Below, one piece after another: positions 61,425-64,000 of a DNA stretch of 64,000 nt. Numbering within the stretch: the first letter of the stretch is position 1; each line of letters opens with the position of its first letter. Source of the stretch: Minutocellus sp. GHC0000111 (lineage: Eukaryota); the NCBI GenBank assembly GCA_977018835.1, contig OZ361259.1, positions 2,232,001-2,296,000 on the forward strand, given 5' to 3'. The position numbers and the translations under genes were made by a program. The notes beneath the pieces were generated by a model. The model saw only the letters and a list, made by a program, of their open reading frames with translations, was not told where the DNA came from and ran no database searches.

Positions 61425-63873
61425 TCAAGCATCGACGGCCTTGTCGATGGCAAATCCTTCATCATGTTCCAATGGATTGGCCCCATTACTTGGATGGTCG
61501 CTGACATCGTTCAAATCATCGTCATCGTCGATGGTGTCCACGTTCGTATCGAACGTCATCTCTTGCCCATCAGCCGCCATGGACGGGAGCTCCATCACAA
61601 AGGCGTATTCCTTGGCATTCTTGGTCGGCCTCCACAGACAAGCGACGCCGATCAGTATGAACAGATAGTTGATCTCCCACGCCGCCCCGATGGCCCACTC
61701 TTGTTTGTCCTCGAGCATCGGGGTGTCCATATAGGCGTTGACGATGCCAAAGGTCGCCCAAACCACCGCAAATAGCATGGAGAGAAGGAGGAAGCATCGG
61801 AGTCGGAGGTATTGTCGCAGCTTGGTGTTTTTGTTCATATTTTCCAAATATTGCATGCTGGAATTGAGTGCGTCGAGGGCCCACAGCAGATACGTCACAT
61901 CAATCGCCGCTACTGCAAAGGTTAGGATGGTAATAACATCGATGAGCTCCGTCTCCTCCTTGTCGCTAATAACATTCATGTCGTCGACGGCAATGATCGT
62001 CATGATCTCCCCGGCGCAGGCGGTTCCCACATACAGCAGTCCGAGGAAGTAAATCTTCTTCATGTTAGTCAGATTGTCTCGAATGACACCCCACCCTAGA
62101 GCTACCATGATGATCAGCGTTCGAGATATGGCGCGATTAACTACGCCCAATACGACGCCTGCGGATCGGAATTTGAGGAAAGGAAATTTAGGAAGAAGAA
62201 TGCTCGACTTACTTGACACATCAGTACAATCGCATGCAATATGCAACGTATAAAAGTAACAGAATGAGGTACTTACCAACATACATCGCGTACCACACTC
62301 GGGTACCATCCTCATTCCATACAAAATAGTCGCCCGTCTTGAAGAACGTTTCAAGGAGGCCAAGGCCAATCGATAGAATGATCCATTTCTGAACTTCAAT
62401 ACGCGATTCGCTATAGCACTGAATGCTGCAACCGTACCACAGGAAGAGAACAAAATAGATCACTGTAATGGCCGCGAAAAAGTACATTTCGCCAAAAAGT
62501 TCTCCGGGGAGATAACCGTGCTTGGAAACGAATTCATATGAGCCCGTAACCTGCAAATCACGACCATAATCATTGCAGTTGGATATGATCATCACATATC
62601 GACCCTCCTCGGTGGCAAAGTCCATCCGCCCATCGGTGATCCGTCGCTCCACATGACCCGACGCTGGGATGGCCAATACACGGTGGTCACCCTGGAACTT
62701 TTCCTGGTTAATGATGAGCCGACCGTACTGCCTATCGGCCTGGCAAAAGCCCAAGGCAACGGCGTCGTCCGAACAACACCAGCGGAGGTTGCCATCCGCG
62801 TCAGAGGCGCCGACTCCCAGCTCGGTCCAATCGCATCCCTCCCTCGACCGGGCGCATTCATCCGGAACATGAAAGACGACGATATCCACAGTTGATCCAC
62901 CACCCAAGCCTTGGTCAAGACGTCGGTCTCTACCGCCTCCCTCCTCAGTGGCAGGTTCAGGAACTTCCGCTGGTTCAGTTGGTGCCGGTTCAGGGGCAGG
63001 GACCGGCGCAGGCTCAGTTGGTGCCGGCACCGGCTCAGTTGGTACTGGTTCAGGCTCCGTTGGCGCCGGTTCAGGGGCAGGCACCGGCGCAGGCTCAGTA
63101 GGAGCTGGCATAGGCTCAGTTGGTGCCGGCACTGGCTCCGTTGGCGCCGGTTCAGGGGCAGGCACCGGCGCAGGCTCAGTAGGAGCTGGCATAGGCTCAG
63201 TTGGTGCCGGCACTGGCTCTGTAGGAGCTGGGATTGGCTCAGGAGCAGGCTCAGGCTCAGCGGGAACTGGTGCAGGCTCAGGTACGGGATCGGCCGGCAA
63301 CTCCGCTTCTCCCGACGTATCCGCCGCCGGCTCTTCTGCCTTGGGCGCCGTCGGTGCTGCAGTGATCGGAGCGGCGGTCTGAGGTGCCGGGGTCTGTACT
63401 GCTGGCTCTTCCGCCTTGGGCGCCGTCGGAGCGGCGGTCTGAGGTGCCGGAGTAATTGGAGCCTGAGTCGGTGCCGCACTGATCGGTGCTGCACTGACAG
63501 GGGCCGCAGTAATTGGCGCCTGAGTTGGAGCCGGCGATACTGGCGCAGGGGTCTCAACCGGCGGCGGAGGAGGGTTGATATCCTCATCCCTTCCACCGTC
63601 GTCGTCGTTGGCCACAAGATCATCGTCATCCCGGCCATAAGCCTCACCTCCGCCCCCGTACGAGTCATCCGCCACAAAGGTAAGACCAGATACATCGACG
63701 TATCCAGGCGTTACCAAGTAACCCTCGGAATAGTGAATCTCATACGAAGCTGCTCGGACGGCGCCACCCTTGTAGGGTCGAATCTCGGCCCGAACGGCCG
63801 AGGGGACGAGGCAGGCAACGATGGCCAATGCGAGGAGGAACATTGTCGAGTTGTTATTGTGCTGGTTTCTCAT
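61425..63873 (-). CDS. TMEM87/GPR107-like seven-TM protein with Pro-rich luminal repeats
   Basis: Signal peptide, WCC..LGFC, HGYLPG, SR.L..MVALGWGV, LWRP..NA.EYA; intron 62276-62159. Confidence 0.85.
62965..63300 (-). repeat. Coding minisatellite (PAPTEP/PEPAP) including an 81-bp tandem duplication
   Basis: The sequence from 63061 repeats from 63142 (27-aa unit PAPTEPVPAPTEPMPAPTEPAPVPAPE). Confidence 0.9.
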
Positions 63874-64000
63874 TTTTCTTCTTGGTGCCCTTCGCGCACA
63901 ACGCACCACCACCGCCACAAAACACGGCTAATAGCTAGCTACGTAGCTAGAGCAGTAACCGATTGGTAGGGAATTCTGTTGTGGCTATGTGGCAGCGATA

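Noticed and set aside
62911..63969. Periodic repeats as a CRISPR-like array or Arg/Trp-rich ORF
   Set aside because: There are no unique spacers; this is the antisense reading of a Pro-rich coding minisatellite.

Overview
This is gene-dense, intron-containing eukaryotic DNA, most likely from a diatom or related stramenopile. The evidence is GT-AG introns and several signal-peptide + 'AF' bipartite plastid presequences. It holds about 29 host genes, including CCT5, an E1 enzyme, ISCU, MAD2, ELP1, RimM, a CXC/LIN54-like gene, POLD1, CTP synthase, flavodoxin, YchF, a LarA-family protein, RPL10A and an H3.3-like histone. The main accessory feature is an intact 4,453-bp Kolobok-type DNA transposon (29551-34003) with a TTAA target duplication and 17-bp perfect TIRs, inserted just upstream of POLD1. 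It encodes a DDE transposase and a convergent KolX-like protein that appears to carry an RPA70N-like OB fold. Two window-wide patterns also stand out. First, there are recurrent and sometimes nested TA-flanked palindromic micro-insertions that resemble Tc1/mariner excision footprints, one of them inside the histone H3 splice donor. Second, housekeeping genes carry an unusual load of frameshifts and substitutions at normally conserved residues, pointing to either a decaying haplotype/homeolog or consensus errors. All homology calls come from recognising motifs by eye; no database searches were run.
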